A stretch of DNA of 64,000 nt from Cyanophora paradoxa CCMP329 (GCA_004431415.1 QPMI01000184.1:140494-204493); one strand, 5' to 3'; counted from the stretch's first letter, positions 44,040 to 56,123 are shown. Notes: a model not told the origin generated them from the sequence alone. Numbers and translations: made by a program.

Positions 44040-47000
44040 CTATTCCAAAATCGATCGTAAACTGGCTGCACTACTTGGCATTAGAGGGCCCGCCTCAGCC
44101 TCAGGCTCGGCGGGGCCAGCCGCGGCCTCTGCCGCGGCAGCGGCCTCCTTCTCGGCGCTCTTCTGTACTTTCTTCCAAGGTTTCTGGATGCAAGAGCGGT
44201 TCTTGCACGCGTCCCTCCCCGACTTCTTGTGGCACTTTGACGAGCAGATGATGTCTTCGTACTTGCAAATGCACTTCTTGTTCGTGCAGCCAGTCGTGCA
44301 GTTGCAGATCTTGCTCGGCCTGTCGATTTCGATGGCGCACCAGTCAAAGAACGCTTTTCTGCCAGGCAAGACATGGCAGTCAGAGCGCTGAGAAAGAATG
44401 CTGGAGGAAGACGGACCTGAGGGTTACAGGTTCGGTGCTGGCGGCGGTGATGCTCTCGATGAGATGCTTGAACCCGGCAAAGCCGCCGGTCTCGCCTGGA
44501 GGGGCAGGATGCCGCATAGAGCACACTTCGTCGGCCTGGAAGAGGCGGGGCTGAGAGTCGTCATCGTTGCGCTGGACTATACCGGCAGCAGTCTTGAGGA
44601 TGTACTTGTTGAAGCCCGTGCCGACCGCAGCAATGACCGCGTGCACCATTGCGGGCATGCGGGCCTCGTCCAGGGCACGCGGATCGCAGTCCTTCACGCT
44701 GATGGATACCAGCTGCGCGCCCAACGTGAGCTCCATTGTCGTGTCCAAATGGTGCTCAAAACCATACCCAAACGTGCCTCGCGGGGCACGTTTGAGTATG
44801 ATTTGGGCACGTCGGAGCATGGGGTTTGGGCATGACAGAGACGCACGTCGCCGACTGCAAGGTTGGCGATCTCCCCGGCTCTCTTGCGGGCGAAGTCAAT
44901 CATCCTGTTCCTGTACGCCGAGAGACGATCGTTCAGGACCCCTACGTAAGCCTTGTACTTCTCGTGCTCCTTCTGCGGGAACAATGTCAGTGCCGACAGC
45001 CATTAACGTAAACAGGACATAGCGAACCATGAAAGCGATCGGCATCCCCTCGATGGTGCCACGACGGAAGCCGCCTTTGAGATGGCGCTCTGCGGAGTCC
45101 AAGTACTGCTCCGATTCCTTAGATTCCTCCTCCTCCATGTCCTTCACATACTTGTCCCAGAGGATCTGCTGCTTGTCGGTGGGCACCCAGCTGTCCCGGG
45201 CAGCTGCAGCCTCAACATCTTCGTCCGTGCCGACATCGACAGTGATTCCCGCATCCTGCACGACGGGCATGGGAGGGAGCAGCATCAAAGCGTTCAAGAA
45301 GGCCTAGGGAGGTGTGCACCTTCATGAGCTCCTGGAGCGTAGTGCCCTGCACGACCTCCCGCTCGTTGTAGACACGATCAGAGGAGGCGGGAGCCAGGTT
45401 TCCGAATCGCTCGGACGGATCTCTGTTGAACATGACCTTGAAAGGCGTCTGCTTGTGCCCCTTGGTGAAGATGGATGTGTTCATCTGCCACTGGACCTGT
45501 GCCTGGGTTGGTTGCAGGGCGCGAGCATGTCGGCACGGTCATACCGGGCCCAGGGCGGACACCCAGTCTTTCGTTCCGTTGAAGAAGCAGTACGCAGTGA
45601 CTCGGCGGCCGAGCGTCCGGTTCGCGCGCTCCACAGAACCTGCAAAACACGGTCATACCCGAACATGCTCAAACATGCTCGGCACGTGCTCAAAAAGATC
45701 GTTGGGCACGATTGAGCATGATGTTGGGCATGTCGCGGGCATGACGCGGGCATGGCGGGGCATGGCGAACCTTGGTGCCAGGGACGGTAAGGCGCGCCGG
45801 TGATGATCACTATCTTGCGCCCCGTCACTCGCTGCCATTGCTTGCACGTCGAGCGAACAACCTGCGTCCACTTTCAGCTGATATGACGGCCCTAGGCAGA
45901 CGTCCAAATGTACCCTGTTTACGAACTCGGACCCGTTGTCGTGATGCAGCACTTGTGGGACTCCCATCACCTGGAAAATCTCGACAAGAGCCTGTGCGAC
46001 GCACCAGGCGGCCTTGAATTCCAGCGGCCTCAGGATGCTGAACCGAGAGAAGTGGTCCTGTAAATGCACCCATCATGATCAATGAACAGCCAGACAGATG
46101 GTGTTGAACAGCGAACCCGGACGTGCAAGACGTATCTGTACCGGCGAGTCGGGTGATCGAACCACTCGACATCCTCGCAGTCGAGCCTGTCCATGGCCGC
46201 CGCTTCCTCGTCGGTCTCAGGGATCCTTGGCACTCGAATCGGGATGGGAAGCTTGCTGAAGTCCTTGAGGTCGATGACGACGCGAGACCAGGCGGACTTT
46301 GCGACGATAGGCTTCATGCCCGCGAGCTTCGCAGCGAGCTCGACCGCCCTGTTGATGGCACAGTACGGGCAGCGCTGCGTACGGGTGTCAGTCTTGCTCA
46401 GGGTCCCCGCGCGGGCAGCTGCAGCGAGCACCTTGCAGAAGTACTCGACGAACTTGTCTTTGATGGCATAGACGCGCGAAACCTTGCCCTTGACGGTGTA
46501 CGCAGCCTCGTGCGCCGCGTTATGGTACTCCTGCGCGCGCGTCGTCACGTCGTGCTCCGGGCACGGTTTGAGCACGATTGGGCACGATGTTTGGACACGT
46601 CCTTACCGACAGGATTTCGAAGACCTCGCGGGCGTCCTTCGGCAAGATACGCACTTGAGTAGGGGCCGTCGCCGCCACCGCTCCAGTGTTGTTCTTCTGG
46701 CGCTTCTTGGCCACCTGCACTTCCTGCATGACATACACCGCGGGTCCGTTCGGGTCGCGCGGGTTTGGCTGCTCGACTAGAACGTAGTTGCCGGTGCGGT
46801 TCTTGATCCGCTGATCGTTACTCTTCTTGGCCCTCCCCTCCGCAGCCTTCTGGTTCTGCTCGTCGCTCTTGTTCGGATCCGCTGGCGCCTCCAGGTCCTT
46901 CCTCTGGACGCGCGCACGCACGACTGGCTTCGACGCGTTCAGCCGCTTGATCGCCTCCTTGTCGTTCGCGTCCCCGGCTGCCTTCATGTCCCGCTCCCAG

Positions 47001-47578
47001 ACCAGCGCGTTGTAGCGTTCCGTCTCGTCGAGTGCGCGCTCCGCGTTGGGATTCCCCTGCTCGTCCTGCATGTCCTTGTGCTTCCGGAATGGCGCTAATT
47101 CGTTGCACGCCTTTATGAACTCTTCGTACGTCCAGCGCACGGTGTGCCGCGTGCTGGTCGTTTCCTCGCTGGGCGCTGCGCCGCCGTCCGAGCCGTCCGA
47201 TTGCCGCTGGGTCGCAGCAGTTGGTGCCCTACGCTGCTCCGGAGGGACGACATACGCGCCAGGCGGCGGGCCAGCTGCTGCCGTGCTGTTCCCGCCACCA
47301 TTGCTTGAACTGCTCGAAGGCCCCGCGCGTGCCTGCTGGAGCTGATCTAAGAGAGATCTAGCAAGATGCCCGCCAGGACAATGGCCGCGGTGGCCCTCCT
47401 TGTGATCGCAGTCGCAGCTCGAGAACGACGAGATCAGCTGCTCGATGTGGCAGGTACACTTGCGGCCGCACCACGCGCGACCCGCGAGCACAGCTGTCTG
47501 TAGCGCGAAGCTGCAGAAGACGCAGAACTGCAGAATCTGGCCGGCCGCCTGAATCTCCTCCGGCGACAGGCCCAACAT
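44040..47578 (-). CDS. Ginger2/Tdd-type DDE transposase (rve integrase core, KRBA2/SCAND3-like) with C-terminal CXC-like domain
   Basis: HHCC zinc motif: EYHNAAH...RCPYC. Catalytic residues: RVVIDLKD (D), LHHDNGSEF (D) and PYRPWHQ|GSVERANRT (E). Also QDHFSRFSILRPL and QTPFKVMFNR. C-terminus: CNCTTGCTNKKCICKYEDIICSSKCH. No premature stop was seen after removing inferred introns. Confidence 0.9.
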
Positions 47579-47628
47579 CGCTGCAGCTGTCTGGGCTCTA
47601 ACACCTGTCGTGCCCAACACAAAGCTTA

Positions 47629-47773
47629 CGTGCCCAAGCCTTTGGGCACGACGCGCCCTAGCCCCGACGTGCCCAAAGCGGATTTGGGCACGGGGCCCCG
47701 GCAATCATGTAATAGGCCCGTCCAACTCGATTCTGCTACGTGGTGCAAAAGGGTACGTAGTGGAGTGGCAACA
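47629..47773 (-). repeat. Right terminal inverted repeat (145 bp)
   Basis: Ends ...GTAGTGGAGTGGCAACA, followed by the TSD GGGCA. Confidence 0.95.
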
Positions 47774-48000
47774 GGGCAAGCTCAGGCAACACTCAACGAC
47801 ACTGTACAACCTAGCTCTCACTCCCATCAAAAATAGCGGCATAGCATCTACGCAGGACCCGAGGGGGCCGGGCGGCCCCGTTCGTGAGCTGCAGACTTGG
47901 ACGTCCGCCAGTGCGTTCAAAAGAAAGAGCAGCCGGCTCCGCTGTCGCCGGCCGTGGGGGGCGCGCCTGGCGGACGTGCGGCGGACTCGCCTCTCCCGCC

Positions 48001-49632
48001 TCACTTGCTGATCACTGCGGGCGGCGTCAGAGCCGTCAAAACCGCTCAAATTCAAACTGAACAGGGCGCACTGTAGTCGAAGAGGACGGAGACGGACTCC
48101 TCGTTGTGTATCCGGCGAATCGCCTCGGCGAGGGTCTGCGCGATGGAGAGGACCTTGATCTTGCCGCACGCCAGCTTTTCCGGGCCCAGCTGGATGCTGT
48201 TCGTCACGATAATCTGCACCGCACGGCGGGGTCCGGCGGCTCAGGCCAGGGGGCCGGGGGAGAGAGGGGTGCGGGGGAAGCGACCTCCTCGACGGGGGCG
48301 GCGGTGATGCGCTGGATGGCGGGGCCGGAGAGGAGGGCGTGGATGCCGCAGGCGAGGATCCGCCGCGCGCCCTCCCGCTTCAGCGCCTCTGCCATCCCGC
48401 CCCGCCCGAGCCTCAGCGACGGCGAGGGCTGGGCCGGGGGTACAGGGCGCACGGACGGCCTCGCAGAGCGTGCCGGCGGTGTCGATCATGTCGTCGACAA
48501 CGATGCAGTCCTTGCCCTGTGCGGCGCGGCGGGGCGTGAGGCGGGAGGAAAGGAAGAGAAAGAAAGGAAGAGAGAAGACGGCCGGACCTTGACCTCGCCG
48601 ACGAGGTGCATGAAGTGGGCGACATTGGGTCCGTCCCGCCGCTTGTCGATGATCGCCAGGCCGGCGTTCAGCCGCTTCGCCACCGCCCGAGCCCGCTCCA
48701 TCCCCCCGGCGTCCGGCGAGACCTGCGCGTCCGCCTGAGGCGACAGAGAAGAGAGGGCAGCGTGGCGGAGCCGGCCGGGCCGCGGGCGGGCACCACGACG
48801 ATGTCCTGGAGGTCCTTCTCCTTGATGTAGTCGATGATGACGGGCCCCGCGTACAGGTGGTCCACCGGGATGTTGAAGAAGCCCTGGATCTGCCCCGCGT
48901 GCAGCTCCAGAGTCACCACTCGGTGCGCCCCCGCCACGGTGACAAGGTCCGCCACTGCCGCCGGCGTCAGGGCCGGCCAGGGAGCGGGGCGAGGAGCCGG
49001 GGCGGACCGAGCTTCGCGGAGATAGGCACGCGGGGCTGCGCCTTCCGGTCCTGGCGGCCGTATCCGTAGTACTGTACACGCGCGCGGGTCGGCGGGGCCC
49101 GAAGGGGGGCGGGCGGGCGATCGCGGAGGCCGGCACCGGCAGGACGGCCGTGATGCGCTTTGCCGAGGCGCGCTTGAGCGCATCGATGATGACCAGCAGC
49201 TCCTGCCGCCGCAACCGGTCGAACGAAGACGGCACACAACGGCCCGCGGCGCCGCGCACCATGATGTTGTCGTTCACAGGTGGGCAGGTGGGCTGGATAA
49301 CGAACACTGCGCGATGGGGCTGCTCGGCGGGGGCAGACCCAGCATACAGCGTAGCACTCACCATCGGCACCACGGACGTTCTCTGCGGCGCGCGGCCGAA
49401 GCCTCAGTCAGCCAAGGGCAAGCCGCGCGGTCTGACGCGCTCACCGTTGATCTGGACGCGGACCTCTCCATCCGAGAACTGGCCCACCTCCATGTCCGCG
49501 ATACGAACACCCAGCAGGTGCGCGATCTCCTCCGCGAGGGGGCGGTTCGCGTTGCCTGCGCAAGACTCGGTCCCGCGAGCGCACGGGGGCCAGCGGTCTC
49601 TTACCAGTGAACAGCTTAATATCGTAGTTCAT
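48001..49632 (-). CDS. prs: Ribose-phosphate pyrophosphokinase (class I PRPP synthetase)
   Basis: IKLFTG|[90 protein letters not shown] and ESVSVLFDY|MISK*. Confidence 0.95.
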
Positions 49633-50175
49633 TTTCTACGCGCAGCTAGCGTTAGCGCACACGGAGCTAGCCGAGGGCGGCTAGATCGCGCGATCGGGCG
49701 AGGCAAGCACACCTGGTCGCCCCGCACATGCGCGTGCGCCAAGCTCGCTGCGGTGTGAGACATGTTGCCGCCTCGGGTTCGCTGGCTGCCTCGCACAGGA
49801 TCAACCCAGGGGGATACGTGTTTTCGGGGCGATCGCTCATCCAGGCAGGCGCACGCGCGAAGCGCTTTGCAATTGAGCTCCCCGCAGCCGCGGCCGATCC
49901 AATCGCCTCTCGCGGATCATCGAATACATTACATTGCAGGCGCTCGAGGCGCCTGGCCAGCGGCCGCCCAGCATAGCTTCGATTCGGAGGCTAGGAATTC
50001 GGCTAGCTATATATAGCGCTAGCGCTGCAGCTGCGCATGCATACGCTGCCATGCCGCTGCTGTCGATGAGGTCGACTACAATCGCGCATGCGCATGCACT
50101 GCGGCAATCGATATCGATGGAGATCGCGTGCACTGCGGCACGTAAAACATGTACATATATGCTGGTGGGGCGGGG

Positions 50176-52045
50176 CTAGTGCACGTGGTGGCCATGCATA
50201 TGGAAGACCACGCGGTAGCGTGCCTTGTTGTCGATGGCGCGCTGCAGTGCCTCGTTAATCTGCGCGCCGCGCGCCGCCCGCATCAGATCAGACGCTGAGT
50301 TCGAGGAGGCTCCGAGGGGCGCGGCCGCGGCTCGCGATCGGACGGGCGGCGTGCCTCCTTGAAGGGGTATAGTGCTAGCTCGACGAGGGGCTGGATCTTG
50401 TGCGTGGCCGTGAACTGGTGGCGCAAGCGGCTCATTCTCTGGGCAGGCCAGGGCTGGGGTGGGGGCGCGCGCTTCAGGCCATATATAGCTAGGCCAAGGG
50501 GCAGCCGGTCACGAGGAGCTCTAGATATCGATGCAGCGTCCGACGGTCCGGGCCCGGGAAGGGGGCTCACGCGGAGCGTCTCGCCCATGAGCCGCCGCCC
50601 CGCGATGATGCTGCGGTCGGTTGCTGAGCCACAAGGGCGAGCGGGGCGCGGCAGGAGGCGGCGGGGCGGGGCGGGGGGGGCACCTGCCGTGGACGCTGGT
50701 CTGCTTCGTGAGGAGCTGCCAGGCTGCCCCAAGATGTTCACCGTGACGTCGCCGGGCGCCGCCCCCACGAACATTGCCTGACCGCCTAGAGTCGGGCCTG
50801 CACACGGGGCGGGCCGGGCCGGCGCGGACCGCGGCGGGCGAGGAGGGCGAGGTACGGCTGCCAGTCGAGGGCCGCGGAGACCGTCACGAGCACCACGTCG
50901 AACTGGTCCGCCTGCGCATGCGCGACAAGCCAGACGGCGCGCGCGGGGCCGGGAGCACCTCGGGCTCGGAGAAGTCGCCTTGAGCTGGCGGGGGTCCCTG
51001 CTGTTGATCATGATGAAGCGCTAGCCCCTCGCGCCCATCCTGAGGGCCTCCTCCCGCTTGTCCTCCGACCTCGAGATCGCCCACGTCTGGGGCGGGAGCT
51101 CAAAGAGACCAAGGGGAAGGTTAGGGGCGGGGACGGCACCTCGCAGCCACGGCCGAGCGGGGGGCGCCGCACGTCCGAGGCCCCCGATGCCCAATATGGC
51201 GACCTTCGTGCCCGGTGCGCAGTGCTCCGAAATTGGCGAATACACTGGAGGCCCTGAGGAGAGTGTGCGAGAGAAGCGAAGGGAGTCGGGGCGGGGCGCG
51301 CACCAGTGGCACCCCCGCACAGCAGCGGCCCGGCGTGCTCCGCTCTGATCTCCTTTGGTATGGGGAAAGCGAAGAAGGACGGGACGCGGATGTAGTCTGC
51401 GCCGGCCTGGCCCGCGGCCACGTCAAGGGTAGACTTGAATTGGCGGAGCGCGCGCGGCAGCGCAGCAAGCGCTGCAGGCCGGGGAGTCATGATCACCCGC
51501 GAAGCCGCCGTGCTCGCCGCCCGTGCAGACGCTCGCCTGCTTCGAGCAGAGCTGGTCATCCCCGCTTGCGCAGTACTTGCAGCCGAGGCAAGACGACCGC
51601 TGCGCGCCGATCCCCACCTACGCGAAGGGTCATGAAGAGAGCGAGCCGTATCGCCGATCTTGAGGTGGGGGACTGCAGGGCCGGCGGCGGTGACTTCCCC
51701 CACGATCTGCCGCGGTCGTCGCATCGTCGACGTCATAAGCACTAGCTTGAAATTGGGCGCGAGCTATAGCTAGCTAGCGCTGCAGCCTGGCAGCGCGGCC
51801 GGCAAAAGGGCTCTCACGGTGTCTCACCTCATGCCCGCCATGCATGTGGTATACACGCGCGGCGCGCGCGCACACGCGACAGCGCATGCACCCCAACTGC
51901 TGCCGATCAACGCGTACGCACACGCAGCTGCATGCGCGGGCCGATCGCGCAACGCATCGCTGGATTGACGGACTGGCTTGACTGTCGGGCCTGCTCCGAA
52001 CGCGGCGTAAGCGTTGATGACGCGCTTCCCCGCGCTGGAGTCCAT
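50176..52045 (-). pseudogene. Zn-dependent alcohol dehydrogenase / aldehyde reductase (CAD/Ahr-like), apparently damaged
   Basis: INAYAA, GGHE|IVGEV, VGIGAQRSSCLGCKYCASGDDQLC, GPLLCGGAT|VYSP, GIGGLG and KARYRVV are present. The CGICHSD-type catalytic Zn exon and most of the HLA.QF exon could not be found. This may be a pseudogene or an assembly error. Confidence 0.6.
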
Positions 52046-52214
52046 CTTAAGCTTGAAGAAGCTTGGGCGAAAGTCGACGTACGCGTCTGATCGGCAGCTG
52101 TATCCCCCGGGAACTACACCAGGTACACCTCCGACAGGGTGGCTCGGACGCTTTGTGATGAACCGTGTGAGGCCGTTCTAATATATATAGCCAAACTGCC
52201 AAACTGGAGCAGCC

Positions 52215-53595
52215 ATGCCGGGCGATCCTACGCCCTACTCTTCCTTCCTCCTTACAGTTGTCCGACACGGAGAGACTGAAGCGAATCAGGCTAAGGTGAT
52301 ACAGGGCCAAGCCGGTGCGTCCTCCGCCCGCGTCGCCCTGCTAGCGCCCTCAAGGCGCGCGATGTTGACGATCCTGCAGGCGGTAAGCTTACCATAAGGG
52401 GCAAGCTGCAGGCCGAGCGGGTGCGGCTGTGCCCGGCAGGTCCTCGCGGGGCGCGCCTTGTTGATCAAGGGGGCCCGCAGCTGGGGGCCCGGCTGCAGTC
52501 GACGCAGTTCGCCGAGGTCTACTGCTCGGACCTGCACAGGACGAAGCAGACGCTGGAGGGCATCCGCGTGCACAGCAAGCTCAAGGACGTCCCCGTCCAG
52601 TTCTCCGAGCTCGTGCGCGCGCGTCCCCAATCACGCAAGCGCCTGGAAGCTTTGGGCGCCCGACGCGAGCGCCGGTCCGCCAGATCCGGGAGAAGGCGGC
52701 CGGAAACTACGAGGGAAAGGGCATCGGCGCGCAGGAGGCAGACGCCAAGGCGCAAAACGTATCCATCCGCAAGTTCAAGGCGCGCCCCCTCGCCGCCCGC
52801 GGCTCCGGCGGACGCCTCACTGAGCCGCGGCGTGCACAGCCCGAGGGCGGCGAGTGTTGGGACGAGGTCCTGACTAGGTGCGTGGGGCGGGGCGCCCTCC
52901 CGGCCCCCGGCGTCCCTCCGCCCCACGGACGGGGACGGGGCGGGGCGGCAGGGCGCGGACGTTCGTTTCTCTGCTGCTGGAGCGACACTCGCACCCCGTG
53001 AAGCAGCCCGCCGCCGGGCCCTCCGCCGGCCCCGCAGCAGCACCCGCCCCGGCCCCCTCCCCCTCCGGCGCCCCCGCCCCCCGCCTCTCCGCCGCCCTTG
53101 GCAGCATGCGCATCTCAGCGCAGCCGGCGGCGGCCGCAGCCACCGCCGCCTCGCCGGCCTTCGCGGCGGGGGTCCCACTTCCCGGGGAGCCGAACATTCT
53201 CGTTGTGACACACGGTGCGTACGTGCGCGCGCGCTGGCGCCCTGCGCCCCCCAACCTTCTCCGCGCCGCACCGGCCGACGCCCGACGGTCCGGGCCCGCC
53301 AGGCGGCTTCATCAAGGAGCTCCTCAACGTCCTCATGCTCCGCGCCGGCACGCAGCAGTCGCCCTACTTCCCGGTAGCGCCTCTCCGTGCGCCCCCGCAG
53401 CGGCCGCCTGGGCGCGAGCGGGGGCCGCAGAACAACACGCGGAACACGGGCGTCTACGTCCTGCGCGTGTCCCGCGCCGCCCCAACCCCGGCCCCGGCCC
53501 CGGCCCCTGGGCGGGGGCCGGCCGGCCCCGCGCCCGACTTCGCAGCGACGCTCCTCATCAACAATGACGCGTCGCACCTCGCGTCGCCGGCGTAG
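52215..53595 (+). CDS. Histidine phosphatase (phosphoglycerate mutase family, TIGAR-like)
   Basis: LTVVRHGETEAN, YCSDLHRTKQT, IREKAAGNYEG, PEGGECW, ILVVTHG|GFIKEL, NTG and NDASHL. Confidence 0.88.
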
Positions 53596-53830
53596 GCCTC
53601 TTCATTTCTCCCGTCTTCTGAGCGCTGGTATCGTGTGCGAGCCAACCAACCATCCCGCCATTGCTACAAGTTCCAGTATTGGGGCCAGCCAGTAGAATCG
53701 TATTCCAGTTGTTATGTGCGCTATTATTCTGTACCGTAGTACTCGAGTATATGGACACAGAGTAGGGGGGCGGGCGGCGGAGGGAAGGTGGGTGGGAAGG
53801 GGCCCCGGACGGGCCCCGGGGGGCGGGGCG

Positions 53831-55520
53831 CTATCGGAGGGTGGAGCGGGGCGAGGTGCCGGCTGACCTGCTGGCGGCCCTCGCGAGCTGCGGCGCGGCG
53901 GAAGCGGGAGGCGGGCGTGAGCTGCCGGTGGCCGCGGGCTCCCGCCTCCCGCGTGGAGGGTCGGCGGGGGGCGGGCGGACCTGGCGCGTGCGCTGCAGGT
54001 TCATCTCTGCGATCTCGATCTTCCGCTTGTAGTTATCCACCTCCTGCGCGCACGCCGCGTCACAGGCCGCCTCGAGTGGTGGTGGTGGTGGTCGTGGTGG
54101 GGGCCGGGGAGGAGGGGGGGGGGGGGGGGGGGGGGCTGGCGGGCGGGCCTTCTCGAGGTCGAAGATCTGGGCCTTGGTCTCGACGTACTCGAGGACGGCG
54201 GGGACCTTGGCGTTCTCCTGCAGCACGTGCTGGTGCCGCTCGTGCTGCCGCTCCGCCGTCCCCAGCTCCTCCGACGCCCGCTTCGTCTCGTCCGCGATCC
54301 GCACGAGCAGCTCCTCCCGGCTCTTGATCTCCTGCTTCAGCCACTCGGACTCGCCCGTGAGGTGGTTGAGCTTCTTCTGCTCGCCGGCGGGGCCTCAGCG
54401 GGGGCGCGCAGCGGCTCGGGGCGGGGCGCGGGGGTGCGGGGACCTTGAGGGAGTTGAGGACCTGGACGGTGTTCCCCGTGGTGAGCTTCAGGCGCAGCAG
54501 CTCCGAGTTGCGCTCGTCGATCTTCTCCAGGTACTGCTGGTTCTCGATCTTCAGCTGGTCGAAGTCGATGATGTGCAGCGTCTCCCCCATCTCCTCCTTC
54601 TGGTGCAGCTGCGCCTCCATCTTCTGGATCTGCTCGCCCGCCCCGCGCCCCGGCATCCGCGTCAGCTGGCGCCCGCGGAACGGCGACCCGCCGCCCGGCG
54701 CCCCCGGCCCGGCCCCTGCCCGCACCTGGCTCTTTAGCGTGGCGTTCTTGAGCCTGAGCTTCTCGATCACTGACTCCTGCGGGGGGCGGGAGCGCATCAG
54801 GGTGCGCCGGGGCGCAGCAGCGGCGTGGGGCGCGGCGAGGGGGCGCGCGCCTTGTTGCGCAGGCTCTCCTCGAAGTAGCGGACGACCTTCTCGGCGACCG
54901 TCTTGCCCGTGCGGAAGTTCTCCGCCCCGACGACGATGTCCCGCTTGAACTCGTACGCGTCCTTCTTGATCTCCGCTATCCGGATGTCTGTCTCCTCCAT
55001 GATCGCCTGCGCCGCACCGGCGCCGCCGCGCGTGCGTGAGGGGCGGTGGGAGGGCAGCTCGGGAAGCACGTCGGCGGCACTAGCTAAGGGCGACGAGCAC
55101 GCCGCGGGCTAGAGGCGGTCTAGCTACGCGTACCCGCAGGTTGTCCAGCAGCTTCTCCGCGTTCTGCTTCGTCTTTTCAATCTTCTCGCGGACCTCGTCT
55201 ATTTCGTGCATGGCTATGTCCAGCTTGTTCTCCGTCGTGAGCAGCGGTGTCTGTTTCTTCTTCTCCATGTGGCTACGCGCGCGGCCCTTCTTGGTGCCCT
55301 TGACCTCCTCTTCGTCCACAAGGTTGGCCATCTGGGGCGCGACACTCTGCAGAAAGTCCTGGAAGATTTCGTTCTCTCTTCGCAGGAACTCGTTCTTGGT
55401 TTGCAACTCCATCAGATTCCGCTCCAAGCCCTCCTCGTCCTCCGCGCTGAGAGACGGGCTGGAAGCCTGGTGCGTGCCTTGCGCCTCCAAGTCCCGCCTC
55501 ATCGCCGCTAAGTGCGCCAT
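53831..55520 (-). CDS. CCDC113: Coiled-coil domain-containing protein 113 (CFAP263), a cilia/flagella protein
   Basis: LTTENKLDIA, AIMEETDIRIAEIKKDAYEFKRDIV, IEKLRLKN, QKEEMGETLHIIDFDQLKIENQQYLEKIDERNSELLRLK, VPAVLEYV and KRKIEIAEM. Confidence 0.92.
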
Positions 55521-56123
55521 CGCCGCTGCTGTTGTGCCGCTGCCCGCTTTTGTCGTCGCTAGCGCTGTACCCGGCAAAGCAGGGGTACAACATAGCTACG
55601 TTCGCGGGTTCCGAGCGGTTGTTGCTCTCAAGCGATCGATCGCTGCTTTTGCAGCGAGGTGACGCCGAGGTCGCGATCGACGTCGTTTCGGAGGCGCGAG
55701 TGGTCCGACGGTCGCTTCTGCGCGTCAGACGAATTTTACGCGCGCTTTAAGCTAGCGCTGCGCTCGACCGCCGGCGCCGCTGGTGCGCGGCGCGCGCTGG
55801 CCGATTCGGCGATCGACTATTTGCGCATGCGTCGATTCGTCGGCGGAGGGTCCCTTCAGACCTATGCGAAATTTCGATCAGCTCAGATTCAGCTGCAACA
55901 GTCTGCTTCTGAAGCCTTGAAGGTCGACATCAGAACGCACGCGTGAGGCTGCTGCAGCGCGGTTGCAGCGCTAGCTACAGCTGCGCGCGCGCGCGCGGGT
56001 GCGCCAACTCCGCCGCCAACACGAATCGGCTCAACGAATTATGAGACAACGTTAGCGTGTGTCGGAAAGAGGGAAATGAGGCGGAGCTGGTGCCAGCACG
56101 AGCGAATTCGGACAGCCCTTCGC

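Larger units (their letters stand above)
40807..47773. mobile_element. Full-length Ginger2/Tdd-type cut-and-paste DNA transposon carrying two genes
   Basis: TGT...ACA termini; 145-bp TIRs identical at 144/145 positions; 5-bp TSD GGGCA (40802-40806 and 47774-47778); internal GC lower than host genes; retroviral-integrase-like transposase. Confidence 0.92.

Noticed and set aside
40807-47773. LTR retrotransposon or Polinton interpretation of the integrase
   Set aside because: The ends are inverted rather than direct repeats, and no RT, RNase H, gag, pPolB, ATPase or capsid motifs were seen.
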